From: Colwellia sp.
GTDB taxonomy: Bacteria > Pseudomonadota > Gammaproteobacteria > Enterobacterales > Alteromonadaceae
Assembly (NCBI GenBank): GCA_013215295.1
Contig: JABSOZ010000015.1
Location: 58,376 to 122,375, forward strand
Direction: 5' to 3'
DNA length: 64,000 nucleotides
The number at the start of each line of letters is the position of its first letter. Positions within the stretch are counted from its first letter, which is position 1. The position numbers and the translations under genes were made by a program. This document shows positions 9,596 through 20,307 of this stretch, in pieces. The notes beneath the pieces were generated by a model that was not told the DNA's origin, ran no database searches, and was given only the letters and a program-made list of their open reading frames with translations.

Positions 9596-10050
9596 GACGA
9601 CATCTCCTTTGCAGCATCTAGGATGGCGGCTTTTACTCGACTGTAAGTGCCGCAGCGACATATGTTAGTCATCGCGGCATCGATATCGTCATTGCTTGGA
9701 TTTGGCGTGTTTTTCAATAATGCGGCAGCGGCCATCATCATTCCTGACTGACAATAACCACATTGAGGCACTTGATGTTTAAGCCACGCGGTTTGCAAGG
9801 CATGAGGCATCTCTTTTGACCCTAACGTTTCAACAGTATTAACTTGTTTACCCTGTGCAGCAATTGCAGGATACACACAAGAGCGTACGGCTTGTCCGTC
9901 AATGTGTACCGTACATGCACCGCATTGTGCTATGCCACAACCAAATTTAGTGCCACGAAGGCCAGCTTCTTCACGAATCAACCAGAGTAAAGGCATATCG
10001 CCTTCAACATCGAACGATTGTTCGCGGCCATTTAAAGTGATCGAAATCAT
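9592..10050 (-). CDS. [2Fe-2S]-binding small subunit (IorA-like) of the same oxidoreductase
   Basis: FGCGIAQCGACTVHIDG and CGYCQSG...NICRCGTY are the two 2Fe-2S cysteine clusters of this family. The 152-aa gene is translationally coupled to the large subunit. Confidence 0.88.
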   Translation of the reverse strand: MISITLNGREQSFDVEGDMPLLWLIREEAGLRGTKFGCGIAQCGACTVHIDGQAVRSCVYPAIAAQGKQVNTVETLGSKEMPHALQTAWLKHQVPQCGYCQSGMMMAAAALLKNTPNPSNDDIDAAMTNICRCGTYSRVKAAILDAAKEMSS

Positions 10051-10721
10051 GTGGTTTCCTTGGTAAAAATAGATGAAGAATTAAAGGCCTGTCCGCCAAT
10101 ATCAATCTGCGAAATCGAATATAGCGTTTATTTTTATGGTTAACGCCTAAAGATTCGTGAATATTTCGTTTAATTAGTAAACAACTGTTAACTTAAGTCA
10201 TCAAACTTAATAAGTATAATAAATACTATGTTGCTTTATATTTTGAGTCAATAATTACCTACATAGCTTAAAGAAAACAACAGAGTAGATTTATTTCAAC
10301 AAGGTGTACCTATGCAAAGTCAAATTCAGTGACATTATTTAAGTTACACATAAATAAATGTCATAAAAAAAAGCGGCAATCTTAAAGTGTTAACAATTGA
10401 TTATACTTTCCAGATAATACAGTTTGTAGAGGTGATATTATCATTAGTTTTAATACCAGTGCGAACGAATCGTTATCTAGTTCTCGTTTTATCTTAATTG
10501 CTTTAAGTGATTAAAGCCTATAAAGTTTAACTGACTTAGATGAGGGGAAATAATACTGAATACGTTTTTAATTTTACCCATCACCGTAATACGCCACCAT
10601 GAATTGGCATGTGTTCAAATCATTATAAATTTGAGTCTCTATCCACATTCATTTAAAACTCACTAGAAATCAATACTGGTAAATTCAGTTATTTTAAAAT
10701 ATTAAACGGGTAACAAAACTC

Positions 10722-12518
10722 ATGCGACCAAGCAGAAGTAATGAAGTAGAAGCTGATCACTTTAGTTGGCATATTATCAAAGATATATTTCCGTATCTTA
10801 TTGAATATAAAAGACGGGTACTATTTGCTTTAGGCTTTATGGTCTTAGCGAAAGTTGCGAGTGTTGGTCTGCCATTTATCTTGAAATATATTGTCGACGG
10901 TATTGATACTTCTCAATTTGACCAAGCCTCATTATTGGTTGTACCTGTTGGACTTGTATTAGCCTACGGTTTAGTTCGTTTGTCTAATGTAGTCTTCGGT
11001 GAAATTAGAGATGTGCTCTTTGGTAGAGTGACAGAAAGATCTATCCGCAGAATTAGCTTAAACGTTTTTAAGCACTTACATAACTTAGATTTAGAATACC
11101 ATTTGGACAGAAGAACGGGCGGCTTAGCACGAGATATAGAACGTGGCGCTTCAGGTATCAATTTTCTTATGCGCTTTATGGTATTTAATATCGTTCCCAC
11201 ATTGCTTGAAATCACTATGGTAATAGGTGTTTTATTATATAACTACTCAATAGGTTTTGCGGGTATTAGCTTATTCGCTATTGCTGGATATATCACTTTT
11301 TCAGTTAAAACAACTGACTGGCGTGTGAAGTTTATCAGGGAAGCAAATAAGGCTGATTCAAGCAGTAATAATCATGCTATTGATTCTTTACTCAATTATG
11401 AAACGACCAAATATTTTTCTAATGAAGACTTTGAAGCGGCTCGTTATGATAAAGATTTAGAAGCTTGGGAAGTCGCCAAACGTAAAAACAGACTCTCTCT
11501 GTTTGCTTTAAATGGTGGCCAAGCCTGCATTATTGCCATTGCGATTACGGCAATGATGATGTTAGCAGCTTATAACGTGGCTCAAGGAGATATGACTTTG
11601 GGTGATTTTGTACTTATAAACGCGTTCATTATGCAGATATTTTTACCTTTAAATTTCTTAGGGTTTGTTTATCGTGAAATTAAAGGTTCACTAGCCAACA
11701 TAGAACATTTATTTAGCTTAATGTCGATAAAGCCAAAAATTTTCGATGCAGATGATGCTAAAGAATTAAATGTGGTAAGCGGCAAGATTGACTTTAATAA
11801 CATTAATTTTTGTTATAACAAGAAAAGACAAATTATAAGTAATGTTAGCTTTTCTGTTCATGCGGGAGAAAAAGTTGCCATTGTAGGTCCAAGTGGACAC
11901 GGTAAATCGACCTTGATGAAGTTGTTGTTCAGATTTTACGATGTAAATGATGGTTCCATTTGTATCGATGGACAAGACATAAAAAAAGTAACGTTAAAGT
12001 CATTACGTCGTGCTATCGGAGTCGTTCCACAAGATACCGTGCTTTTTAATGAATCAATTTTTGAAAATGTTCGTTATGGAAATCCTTCTTCGAGTGATGA
12101 AGAAGTGTATAAAGCGATTAAGTTAGCGCATCTTGATGAGTTTATAAAATTACTGCCTGATGGTGTCAAAACGGTTGTTGGTGAACGAGGTCTAAAATTG
12201 AGCGGTGGTGAAAAACAGCGAGTAGCTATCGCGAGAACTATTATTAAGAATCCACCGATACTTATTTTTGATGAAGCCACGTCATCGCTTGATAGTCATT
12301 CAGAACAAGCCATTTTGGCTGCGTTTAGAGAAATATCACAGAATTCAACAAGTTTGGTTATCGCTCATCGGTTGTCTACCATTGTTGATGCAGACAGAAT
12401 AATTTTTATAAACAATGGGGTAATCGCGGAAGAAGGAAGTCATTCTGCTTTATTAGAAAAAAAGGGTTTGTATGCCGCTTTATGGGAAGCACAATTGAAT
12501 AATGAACATTCGTCATAG
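10722..12518 (+). CDS. Fused permease/ATPase ABC exporter, Atm1/HMT1-like
   Basis: Six-TM N-terminal half containing LLNYETTKYFSNEDFEAARYD (Atm1-type motif). Walker A GPSGHGKST, signature LSGGEKQRVAIAR and Walker B ILIFDEATS are present. Confidence 0.88.
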   Translation: MRPSRSNEVEADHFSWHIIKDIFPYLIEYKRRVLFALGFMVLAKVASVGLPFILKYIVDGIDTSQFDQASLLVVPVGLVLAYGLVRLSNVVFGEIRDVLFGRVTERSIRRISLNVFKHLHNLDLEYHLDRRTGGLARDIERGASGINFLMRFMVFNIVPTLLEITMVIGVLLYNYSIGFAGISLFAIAGYITFSVKTTDWRVKFIREANKADSSSNNHAIDSLLNYETTKYFSNEDFEAARYDKDLEAWEVAKRKNRLSLFALNGGQACIIAIAITAMMMLAAYNVAQGDMTLGDFVLINAFIMQIFLPLNFLGFVYREIKGSLANIEHLFSLMSIKPKIFDADDAKELNVVSGKIDFNNINFCYNKKRQIISNVSFSVHAGEKVAIVGPSGHGKSTLMKLLFRFYDVNDGSICIDGQDIKKVTLKSLRRAIGVVPQDTVLFNESIFENVRYGNPSSSDEEVYKAIKLAHLDEFIKLLPDGVKTVVGERGLKLSGGEKQRVAIARTIIKNPPILIFDEATSSLDSHSEQAILAAFREISQNSTSLVIAHRLSTIVDADRIIFINNGVIAEEGSHSALLEKKGLYAALWEAQLNNEHSS

Positions 12519-12612
12519 AACGAATGTTTATGAAAGTTTGTCTCCATAAATGAATGTACGGGAGTTTATAGGAATTACCGTACAATCAACAATTAACTTA
12601 CGACACTCACGT

Positions 12613-12648
12613 TATAACTATAACTATAACTATAACTATAACTATAAC
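12613..12648. repeat. Perfect hexanucleotide microsatellite (TATAAC)x6
   Basis: Read directly in the intergenic sequence between two convergent genes. Confidence 0.95.
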
Positions 12649-12703
12649 GAAGCGCCTTGAGTAATGACCCGGAATTACAGTTAGACAAAACTCAGTAATT
12701 TTT

Positions 12704-13240
12704 TTAGTAAGTGCCCATTTCCACTGACTCTTGAGCGAGTACCGTCATATCATCACCTTCTTTTTTTACGGCTTTTACCGTGACATAATATGGATGTTTA
12801 TTGCCGCCAGAGCAAGGCGGAAGGTAAGCGCCGGCTTTATCCCAATCTGCTGCTCGATGCACGGAAACACTAAAAAAAGTTGGGGGTAAATCAAAGGTAT
12901 GTCCTTGAACCGAAGGGATAATAATATTTTTAGTTTCTGGTTTTATTTTATATCCAAGCTTGCCATGACCGCCGTTATCATTTGGTTTGTATGCTCTGTC
13001 GCTGTATTCCATTACGATTTCCGTAGTACCCAGAGGAATATCACTCACCTTTAATCGTGGTGTTAATGGGTCCTTACCACCGAATTTCAAGCACTGCTGA
13101 CCATCTGGTACTTCTGAGCCATTCCAGCTGCTATCTGCAAGTTCGACGTTGAATTTTTTAACGGCAACAGAGCCTTCGTTAGCACCGGCGGTCGTCATGA
13201 TAATTGAAGATGTTAATAATAATAATGCAATTTTATTCAT
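12704..13240 (-). CDS. Secreted protein, divergent PEBP / YbhB-YbcL-like fold (tentative)
   Basis: Signal peptide MNKIALLLLTSSIIMTTAGA. CLKFGGKDPLTPRLKVSDIPLGTTEIVMEYSD and PPCSGGNKHPYYVTVKAV parallel the YbcL motifs C..GGxNxSPxLxWSGVPxGT and PPxGxxPHxYxFxVxAL. Confidence 0.55.
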   Translation of the reverse strand: MNKIALLLLTSSIIMTTAGANEGSVAVKKFNVELADSSWNGSEVPDGQQCLKFGGKDPLTPRLKVSDIPLGTTEIVMEYSDRAYKPNDNGGHGKLGYKIKPETKNIIIPSVQGHTFDLPPTFFSVSVHRAADWDKAGAYLPPCSGGNKHPYYVTVKAVKKEGDDMTVLAQESVEMGTY

Positions 13241-13274
13241 GGTATTTCTCTCTCTCTTTAAGTTTTGCTAAGTA

Positions 13275-14459
13275 TTAATAATGAAATTTTTCAAAGGCAC
13301 AGTTGTTCCTTGATGACTTTTGAGTCTTTGCCGTATTTAGGCCCAACCATTTATTGATAGACGGCATTAATGCCGACTGGTGAAGCAACACATGGGTATG
13401 ACGTAAACCGTCAAGTCGTTGTAATTCATTGTCTTTAGAGCCTTGTTTAAACAATGAATAATTAAGGTTATAGTCACTCATTTTATCGATAGAGCCGTAA
13501 ACGAAAAGAACGGGTTTAGTGATGAGTTTTGCTTGAGATAATGAATCTGACGTTTGTTTATAATCATACCCGCTCATCTTATTCACTAGGGCGAGTACAC
13601 TTTTCTGGTGACTGACGACAATATCGCCTAACCAAATTGGTGATTGCTTAGCGAACTTAGGAATAGATTGGGCGAGTGAGTGCATTGGGGCAACCACGAC
13701 TAATTGATTGAGTCTCGCATCTAAAGAAGCGATATGAAGACCTGAACTTGCTCCTAGTGAAAAACCAATTAAATCGTATTTTTCAACATTAAGCTTATCC
13801 ATTAACGCACTGATGTCACGTCCTTCTTCTGCTCCAAAAGAGACCCAGTCACCTGTGCTATTACCATGACCGCGCAAGTCAGGAATAATAACTCGATAAC
13901 CTTGTTGAGCAAAAGCAAGGCCATAACTTAATAGGCTATTTTTATTGCGTCCCCACCCATGAAGTAAAACTAATGTTTTTTCAGTACGGCCTGTTTTTAT
14001 GCTGTTAGCGCAACCTGATTTGAACCATTGCCAATCGGTGGTGATACGCTTAACTTTCCCGTTAACATGAAGAAGGGTTTTTGTACTGTACGAAAAACCA
14101 TAGTAGGCAGAAGGTATGTCAACAAAGCTCAATGTAATTTTTCTTGCAGGTAAATCAATACTTTTTTGGCTTACGCCATTTATGTTGAGTAAACCATTAT
14201 GACCTTCATCGAATGGACTAAATTGCTGACTGAGTTCGTATCCAACTAATGATTGATTAGGCGCTCCAACCATTTGATTGGCAATTATATGACTGACACA
14301 AGCTGGGAGTGTTAATAATATGGAGAGTGACAATAACAATGTGATATTACGTTTATTAATTACACGGCGATTCTTAAAAAAATGATTTGAATTCACGATT
14401 ACCCCAACTTGTATTTTTAAAAGTGGAGCTACAATCTGTAATTTGAGGACTTTATACAA
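13275..14459 (-). CDS. Alpha/beta hydrolase, probable lipoprotein (start uncertain)
   Basis: LVLLHGWGRNK and nucleophile elbow GFSLGAS. Lipobox LLTLPAC lies about 50 aa into the ORF, so the true start is probably downstream of 14459. Confidence 0.75.
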   Translation of the reverse strand: MYKVLKLQIVAPLLKIQVGVIVNSNHFFKNRRVINKRNITLLLSLSILLTLPACVSHIIANQMVGAPNQSLVGYELSQQFSPFDEGHNGLLNINGVSQKSIDLPARKITLSFVDIPSAYYGFSYSTKTLLHVNGKVKRITTDWQWFKSGCANSIKTGRTEKTLVLLHGWGRNKNSLLSYGLAFAQQGYRVIIPDLRGHGNSTGDWVSFGAEEGRDISALMDKLNVEKYDLIGFSLGASSGLHIASLDARLNQLVVVAPMHSLAQSIPKFAKQSPIWLGDIVVSHQKSVLALVNKMSGYDYKQTSDSLSQAKLITKPVLFVYGSIDKMSDYNLNYSLFKQGSKDNELQRLDGLRHTHVLLHQSALMPSINKWLGLNTAKTQKSSRNNCAFEKFHY

Positions 14460-14578
14460 GTGTCCATCGCTTAGTTGGACATTGATGCGGTGAAATGTCC
14501 TCTAGCTAGGCGTGAAAATCAGTTAGTTGGGCATAGGGACGGTGAACTTCCCTAATTAATGATGCATTTGAAGCGGTT

Positions 14579-15424
14579 TTATAGTCCGGTGAAGAAGCGG
14601 GATTTAAAATCTTTCATATAACTTCGACTTGCAGAAATTTGCAAACCTGATTTAAGAATAAGGGTATAGTCACCTTTTCCTTTAGGTTCAAACTCTCTTA
14701 TTGCATGTAAATTTACGATTGCAGACCGATGTACACGTTGAAATATATTAGGATCTAACATTTCAACCATTTTACTTAACGATTCTCTTTTTAAGAAACT
14801 ACCCTCATCCGTGCTAATTTCAAGATAGTCGCCAGCGCCTTGTACGACTGAGATGTTTTCCACGGGCAAGAGAAATATTTTTTTATTACGCTCAAAAGCC
14901 ATAAATTCAGGATACGTTGAAATTGAAGACATTGAAGATATTGCTTGAGCAACTTTTTGCGCTTCATCACCTTTTACAAACTGTAAACCATGCTTGAAGG
15001 CAAAGTAAAAACTACACCAAACCAAAGTGACTAACGAAAAGTTAAGTGATCCACTGAACCATCTTGTCCAAGGACTATCCCACAAGACAAAACCATTTTG
15101 TGCCGCACTTACAGGGTTAATCAGCAATGTCACCACTGTACCGATTAAATAAGAAATCGCGATACAAAGAGTGAGCATTGGAATGGTTCTATGAAACTTA
15201 GATTTATCCAATAGTGGGATGAATAAAAAGGTAGAAAATAGACCTAAAACGCCATAAAGTAAATTTCTGACCAATGCGACTTCAATAAGTTTGTCCTGGC
15301 TCAAACCTGACAAAAACATGATAAAAGTGGTTACTCCCCAAAACACCAAATGGAATCGCCAAAATTCTCGGCCTAGTGGTTTTTTTGAAGTTTGTTGTTC
15401 TAGGTTGTTCAATTTCTGATCCAA
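14579..15424 (-). CDS. Membrane-anchored LytTR-domain DNA-binding protein (no receiver domain)
   Basis: About 150 aa with 4-5 predicted TM helices. The LytTR domain follows: FLLPVENISVVQGAGDYLEISTDEGSFLKRESLSKMVEMLDPNIFQRVHRSAIVNL. Confidence 0.8.
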   Translation of the reverse strand: MDQKLNNLEQQTSKKPLGREFWRFHLVFWGVTTFIMFLSGLSQDKLIEVALVRNLLYGVLGLFSTFLFIPLLDKSKFHRTIPMLTLCIAISYLIGTVVTLLINPVSAAQNGFVLWDSPWTRWFSGSLNFSLVTLVWCSFYFAFKHGLQFVKGDEAQKVAQAISSMSSISTYPEFMAFERNKKIFLLPVENISVVQGAGDYLEISTDEGSFLKRESLSKMVEMLDPNIFQRVHRSAIVNLHAIREFEPKGKGDYTLILKSGLQISASRSYMKDFKSRFFTGL

Positions 15425-15896
15425 GACAAGCTGTCCTCTGCTTTGATGAAGAAGTTGAGCACTATCTCATTTGGTATTGCCTTAATCAAGTAGCAAAACA
15501 TGAGGATTGTTGTAATTGCTATCATTCATTGAGTTTAGATAATAATGAGTGTGAAAACGTGAACGTTGGTGAGAATGGACGATTAATATTGATGAATTAA
15601 TGTCGTAACTAATGATATTTATTGTACTCGTTATCTAGTTACTTTTCCTTGCTTCAGCTCACTGATCGAGATAGATTTAATGGCACGTTCAGCCGTTACT
15701 TGTTTGAGTCGTCGTTTTCTCTTAATTCTCCATAAAAGGGATATTGGACTAATACCGACTTTTAAAAGAGTAATGTCTCAGTCATCTTTATATAAGTTTT
15801 TAACTTTATTAATTTAAAGAAAAGAGTTAATTATAAAACTCCGATAAATCTACATGTGATACACGAGCAAATAATTATATTTGGGATTATTTTTTG

Positions 15897-16319
15897 ATGA
15901 AATACTATAAAGTGCAGGTTCAGGAAGAATTACCATTTGATGTTAATAATGTTTGGCTGCTACTCCGTGACTTTGGCAACATTAAAGCCTGGGCTACAGG
16001 GAACGTCGTAAAAATTGAAGGCTCAGGTGTCGGTATGATAAGGCATATAGCATTCGATTTAGACAAGGTGGTTGAGCGCTGTGAAGCCCATGATGATGAT
16101 AATATGACTTTTACTTATCGTTTACTTGAATCGCCTTGGCCAATGTCTAATTATGTTGCTACGGTAATACTCACGTCAGCAGGACCTGGAAAAACATTGA
16201 TTGAATGGTCATCAAATTATCAAGCCGAGCCAGAAAAAGCTGAGGCAGTTCGAAATCTAATCGAAAGCACCTATCGTATAGGCTTTATTGCTCGATTACG
16301 TAAAACGTTATCAAAGTAG
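15897..16319 (+). CDS. SRPBCC (Bet v1/polyketide cyclase-like) family protein
   Basis: 140 aa. VWLLLRDFGNIKAW...ERCEAHDDDNMTFTYRLLESPWPMSNYVATV is the typical SRPBCC pattern. ATG chosen at 15897. Confidence 0.7.
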   Translation: MKYYKVQVQEELPFDVNNVWLLLRDFGNIKAWATGNVVKIEGSGVGMIRHIAFDLDKVVERCEAHDDDNMTFTYRLLESPWPMSNYVATVILTSAGPGKTLIEWSSNYQAEPEKAEAVRNLIESTYRIGFIARLRKTLSK

Positions 16320-16498
16320 TATATTTGCAATTAAAGCGTTGACCGAAGAAGGTTATAATCACTAAATTTAACTTATTATACAGCTTTGCAATCCACGCAA
16401 GAATAAAACGGTACACTGAGTTGTTTTACTCAATTACACCTTTAATTAAACCGAATACGCTCTTTCACGGGAATGAGCTCTTTAAAAGGATTTTACAT

Positions 16499-16804
16499 TT
16501 GAATATCAAAGTTGTATTTATTATTTCTCTTTTCTTTTTTTGTCTTACTTCATGTGTGTTTCTTCCTGAAACAGCAGACAATCAGCAGTATTATGACCAG
16601 TGTAAAATGGTGACAAAAAAACTGACACTCAAGGCTAATATCAACAAAAAACATTCATTGTGCGGTGGCAAGGACTTTAAAGATGATCCTATCGTATGCT
16701 TAGTTGCAAACGGTGTAATTGCCTCAGCTTCTATTGTCGTTTCAGGTAGCATTGTATTGATAGGTAACACGATACATTGGCTTGAGTATAAAGCTTCGTG
16801 CTAG
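16499..16804 (+). CDS. Small lipoprotein, unknown function
   Basis: TTG start 8 nt after AAGGA gives MNIKVVFIISLFFFCLTSC (lipobox LTSC). The upstream part of the tracked ORF has no signal-like features. Confidence 0.45.
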   Translation: MNIKVVFIISLFFFCLTSCVFLPETADNQQYYDQCKMVTKKLTLKANINKKHSLCGGKDFKDDPIVCLVANGVIASASIVVSGSIVLIGNTIHWLEYKASC

Positions 16805-16880
16805 TAATAAAAAACGCTAATTCACAATTGCTCGCCAAGTACTGTTACTTTATTTGACGTTATAAAATGGGATTGTATAA

Positions 16881-17864
16881 ATGAAAAAAAAGGAAAATAT
16901 TCGCTGGGGAATCATAGGCTGTGGTGCGGTTACGGAAGTGAAGAGCGGCCCCGCTTACCAAAAAACAAATGGTTTCCAATTAACTGCTGTAATGAGAAGA
17001 GATGAAAAGTTAGCGAAGGATTATGCTAAAAGACATGAAATTGAAACCTATTATTCCAATGCGGATGATCTCATTAATGATGAATCAATTGATGCTATCT
17101 ATATAGCAACCCCTCCTGACACACATAAATTATATGGTTTACGTGTCGCTGAAGCCGGAAAAATTTGTTGTATAGAAAAACCATTAGCGCCAAGTTATCA
17201 AGACAGTAAGGCTATTTTAGAAGCTTTTGAAAAAGCAAAAACACCACTATTTGTTTCATATTATCGTCGTTCATTACCACGTTTTAATAAAGTGAAAGAA
17301 CTATTAGACAAAGGTGAAATTGGCGAGGTAAGACATATCAATTGGCACTTTAATAAACCGGCGAACGACGTCGATTTATCGCAGCAATATAATTGGCGTA
17401 CGGATAACAAAATTGCTCTGGGAGGATATTTTGATGACCTCGCCAGTCATGGTTTAGATCTTTTTGCTTACCTAGTGGGTGAATTTGATGTGGTTAAAGG
17501 GATAGGTTTAAATCAACAAAATTTGTATTCATCTTTTGATTCTGTCTCTGCTTGTTGGACACATAAAAAGGGTATTACAGGCTCGGGAAGTTGGAATTTT
17601 GGTGGTTTTTCAAGACAAGATAAAGTCACCGTTAATGGTAGTAAAGGTGAGATAACCTTTTCAGTGTTTGATGAAGACCCTATTTCAATTTGCAACTTAA
17701 CGCATAAGAAAGAAATTTATATTGAAAACCCTGAAAACATTCAGCTTTATCATGTAAAAAATATTAGAGAACAACTTATAACGGGCACTATGCATCCATC
17801 AACTGGCTCTACGGCTACACATACCAGTTGGGTGATGGATCAAATATTGAGAGTCGATTATTAA
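16881..17864 (+). CDS. Gfo/Idh/MocA family NAD(P)-dependent oxidoreductase
   Basis: N-terminal Rossmann motif IRWGIIGCGAV followed by CIEKPLA, the family signature. Confidence 0.85.
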   Translation: MKKKENIRWGIIGCGAVTEVKSGPAYQKTNGFQLTAVMRRDEKLAKDYAKRHEIETYYSNADDLINDESIDAIYIATPPDTHKLYGLRVAEAGKICCIEKPLAPSYQDSKAILEAFEKAKTPLFVSYYRRSLPRFNKVKELLDKGEIGEVRHINWHFNKPANDVDLSQQYNWRTDNKIALGGYFDDLASHGLDLFAYLVGEFDVVKGIGLNQQNLYSSFDSVSACWTHKKGITGSGSWNFGGFSRQDKVTVNGSKGEITFSVFDEDPISICNLTHKKEIYIENPENIQLYHVKNIREQLITGTMHPSTGSTATHTSWVMDQILRVDY

Positions 17865-18011
17865 CATCCAATGAGCTTATAATAAGGGAACTTTAGTGTT
17901 TATCTTCAGTATTATTCGTAATGGGCTGACTTTATCTTTATAAACTCAATGGCTCAAAGATTCTCAATATAAAAATGTTTAAATCATAGATAAAGTTAAT
18001 GGAAGGCAGAT

Positions 18012-18863
18012 ATGAAACGCAATATTAAAAATGGATTATTGGTGATTTTTTGTTCTTTTTTACTATCAGCATGTAGCTTGAGTTTTATCTATAATAATTT
18101 AGATTGGTTGAGTAATTGGTACCTTGATGATTATGTTACTTTAAACCAAGAGCAGCAACAAATTTTTGATAGCACATTTGATGAACTTCATTCTTGGCAC
18201 AGGCAAACTCAACTCAGAGAATATTACTTACAACTTGAAGTACTGAAAAAACAAGTTAATGAAGGGATCTCAGTAAATGAAATTGATGCCCAGTTAGCGA
18301 GTATTAAAAATCATTGGTTAGTGGTGCGAGAAAAAGCTAAACCTCACCTTATATCATTAATCCATACTTTGAGTAAAACTCAAAGACAACAAGTTATTGA
18401 TGAAATTGAGAATGTTAATAAAGAGCGTATCGAAGACCGTGATGAACTCACTAAAGCTCAATGGTACAAAGAAGCATGTAAGGAAAGGCAACAGCAGATC
18501 AAAAAGTGGGTAGGGAAGTTAACCAAAGATCAGAAAGCTGAAGTGTGTAATTTTGTAAAAGCGTATTCATCAACTTTTAAACTCAGGATGGAATACCGGA
18601 TAAAATGGCACTTAGACTTTAAACAAGCCTTAGCAATCGATATTAATAAACAGCAGTATGAAGTTATGTTCGCGGAGCTTATCTCTAATCCAGAGTCATT
18701 AAAGTCTGATGAATATGTAAAGTCATCTAAAATTAATGCTGAAATATCAGTCAGAATATTTCACTTCATATTGAACAATTTAACGAACAAACAACGTAAG
18801 CGATTCAATAATGAAATAGACGATCTTATTGATGATTTAAAAGCACTTGAGGTGGATGATTAG
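18012..18863 (+). CDS. Lipoprotein, probably DUF6279 family
   Basis: Lipobox LLSACS followed by FIYNNLDWLSNWYLDDYVTLNQEQQ, which resembles the DUF6279 N-terminus. The rest is helical and charged. Confidence 0.65.
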   Translation: MKRNIKNGLLVIFCSFLLSACSLSFIYNNLDWLSNWYLDDYVTLNQEQQQIFDSTFDELHSWHRQTQLREYYLQLEVLKKQVNEGISVNEIDAQLASIKNHWLVVREKAKPHLISLIHTLSKTQRQQVIDEIENVNKERIEDRDELTKAQWYKEACKERQQQIKKWVGKLTKDQKAEVCNFVKAYSSTFKLRMEYRIKWHLDFKQALAIDINKQQYEVMFAELISNPESLKSDEYVKSSKINAEISVRIFHFILNNLTNKQRKRFNNEIDDLIDDLKALEVDD

Positions 18864-19177
18864 CAAAATCACCCAGCAAACTGGCAGATAAATATAACTT
18901 TATGTCATAATGTACTACCTTATATCCGTTGCGTGATTCTGCTCTGCTAAGAAGCACGTCTAACGTGTCGACCAATAAAGTGCAGCAATTTTTAGAATGT
19001 TTATGTGATAATATTTGATGTTTTATTATTAATCCCCCATCTATCTATACTTTATAAATAAGAAAGGAGATTGAGTCATCGTATCAGTAAGGACAAAAAA
19101 GACGTGTTGTAACTGTCTACATACCTCGATGCACAAATAGGCATCAGCTACTGAGAAATACTCTATTGAATTCCAAA

Positions 19178-20296
19178 ATGAAAATTAATTTTATCAACAG
19201 TATAGACAAAATAAGTGCAAGTAATTGGCAGAAGCTCAATAATTCATCTTGTCCTTTTCTTCGTTATGATTTTTTTGATGCGCTTGAAAAAAGTGAGTCA
19301 GCAAGTGGAAAACAAGGTTGGCAACCTCACCATTTAGTCGCAACCCTTCAACATGAAGTAACAGCCATTATGCCAATGTATCTGAAAAGTCATTCTTGGG
19401 GAGAATATGTTTTTGATTGGGATTGGGCCGATGCTTTTAAACGTAATGGCGTAGAGTATTACCCTAAATTAGTGGCTACCATTCCTTTTACCCCCGTAAG
19501 TTGTGATAAATTGCTTTCTTCGCAAGTACAAGTTCATGAGTTATTTGACCCATTAATTGAACATTGTGAACAAGAAAACATTAACAGTTGGCATATTCTG
19601 TATTGTCATGAAATTAAAACTGATTTACCTGAGGATGTTTTTCAAAGAAATACAGTACAGTTTCATTGGTTTAATCGTGATTATGAAACATTTGATGATT
19701 TTTTGAGTACATTTACTTCGCGTAAAAGAAAAAACACCCGCAAAGAAAGGCTATCCATCACTCAACAAGGTATAAATATACGTCAGTTGTCCAATGATGA
19801 AATAACCGAAGCAGACCTTAAGTTTTTTTATTTAACTTACCAACTGACTTATTTAAAAAGGGGACATCAACCCCACTTGAGTTATGCGTTTTTCAAGCAA
19901 ATATTATCGAGCATGGCCAATAATATTTTATTGATCATTGCCAGTGATGATCAAGAAGACATTGCTTGTGCACTCTTTTTTTACGACGATGCTCAACTAT
20001 ATGGCCGATACTGGGGCTGCACTAAACAATACAATAATTTGCATTTTGAACTTTGTTATTATCGCGGTATTGAATTTTGCATTGAAAACAAACTAACCAG
20101 TTTTAATCCAGGGACTCAGGGGGAACACAAAATTCAGCGCGGCTTCGAGCCGGTATTAACACACTCTTACCATTGGATTAAACATCAAGCGTTCAGAGGT
20201 GCAATTAAAGATTTTTGCCAACAAGAGCAAGAACATATGCTAACGTATCAACAAAAATGTCAGCAATTATTGCCTTTTAAACAATCAAATGAATAA
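19178..20296 (+). CDS. FemAB-like / GNAT-fold protein of the PF04339 (DUF482, 'peptidogalycan biosynthesis') family
   Basis: WQKLNNSSCPFLRYDFFDALEKSESASGKQGWQPHHL, FTSRKRKNTRKER and FNPGTQGEHKIQRGFEP are typical of this family. ATG at 19178 preferred over the TTG at 19166. Confidence 0.75.
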   Translation: MKINFINSIDKISASNWQKLNNSSCPFLRYDFFDALEKSESASGKQGWQPHHLVATLQHEVTAIMPMYLKSHSWGEYVFDWDWADAFKRNGVEYYPKLVATIPFTPVSCDKLLSSQVQVHELFDPLIEHCEQENINSWHILYCHEIKTDLPEDVFQRNTVQFHWFNRDYETFDDFLSTFTSRKRKNTRKERLSITQQGINIRQLSNDEITEADLKFFYLTYQLTYLKRGHQPHLSYAFFKQILSSMANNILLIIASDDQEDIACALFFYDDAQLYGRYWGCTKQYNNLHFELCYYRGIEFCIENKLTSFNPGTQGEHKIQRGFEPVLTHSYHWIKHQAFRGAIKDFCQQEQEHMLTYQQKCQQLLPFKQSNE

Positions 20297-20307
20297 TAGA
20301 AGAATAT

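Noticed and set aside
15681-15696. TGGCACGTTCAGCCGT as a sigma-54 promoter between the LytTR and SRPBCC genes.
   Set aside because: The -24 half is perfect, but the -12 position lacks TTGC (it reads GCCG), and no enhancer-binding-protein gene is adjacent.
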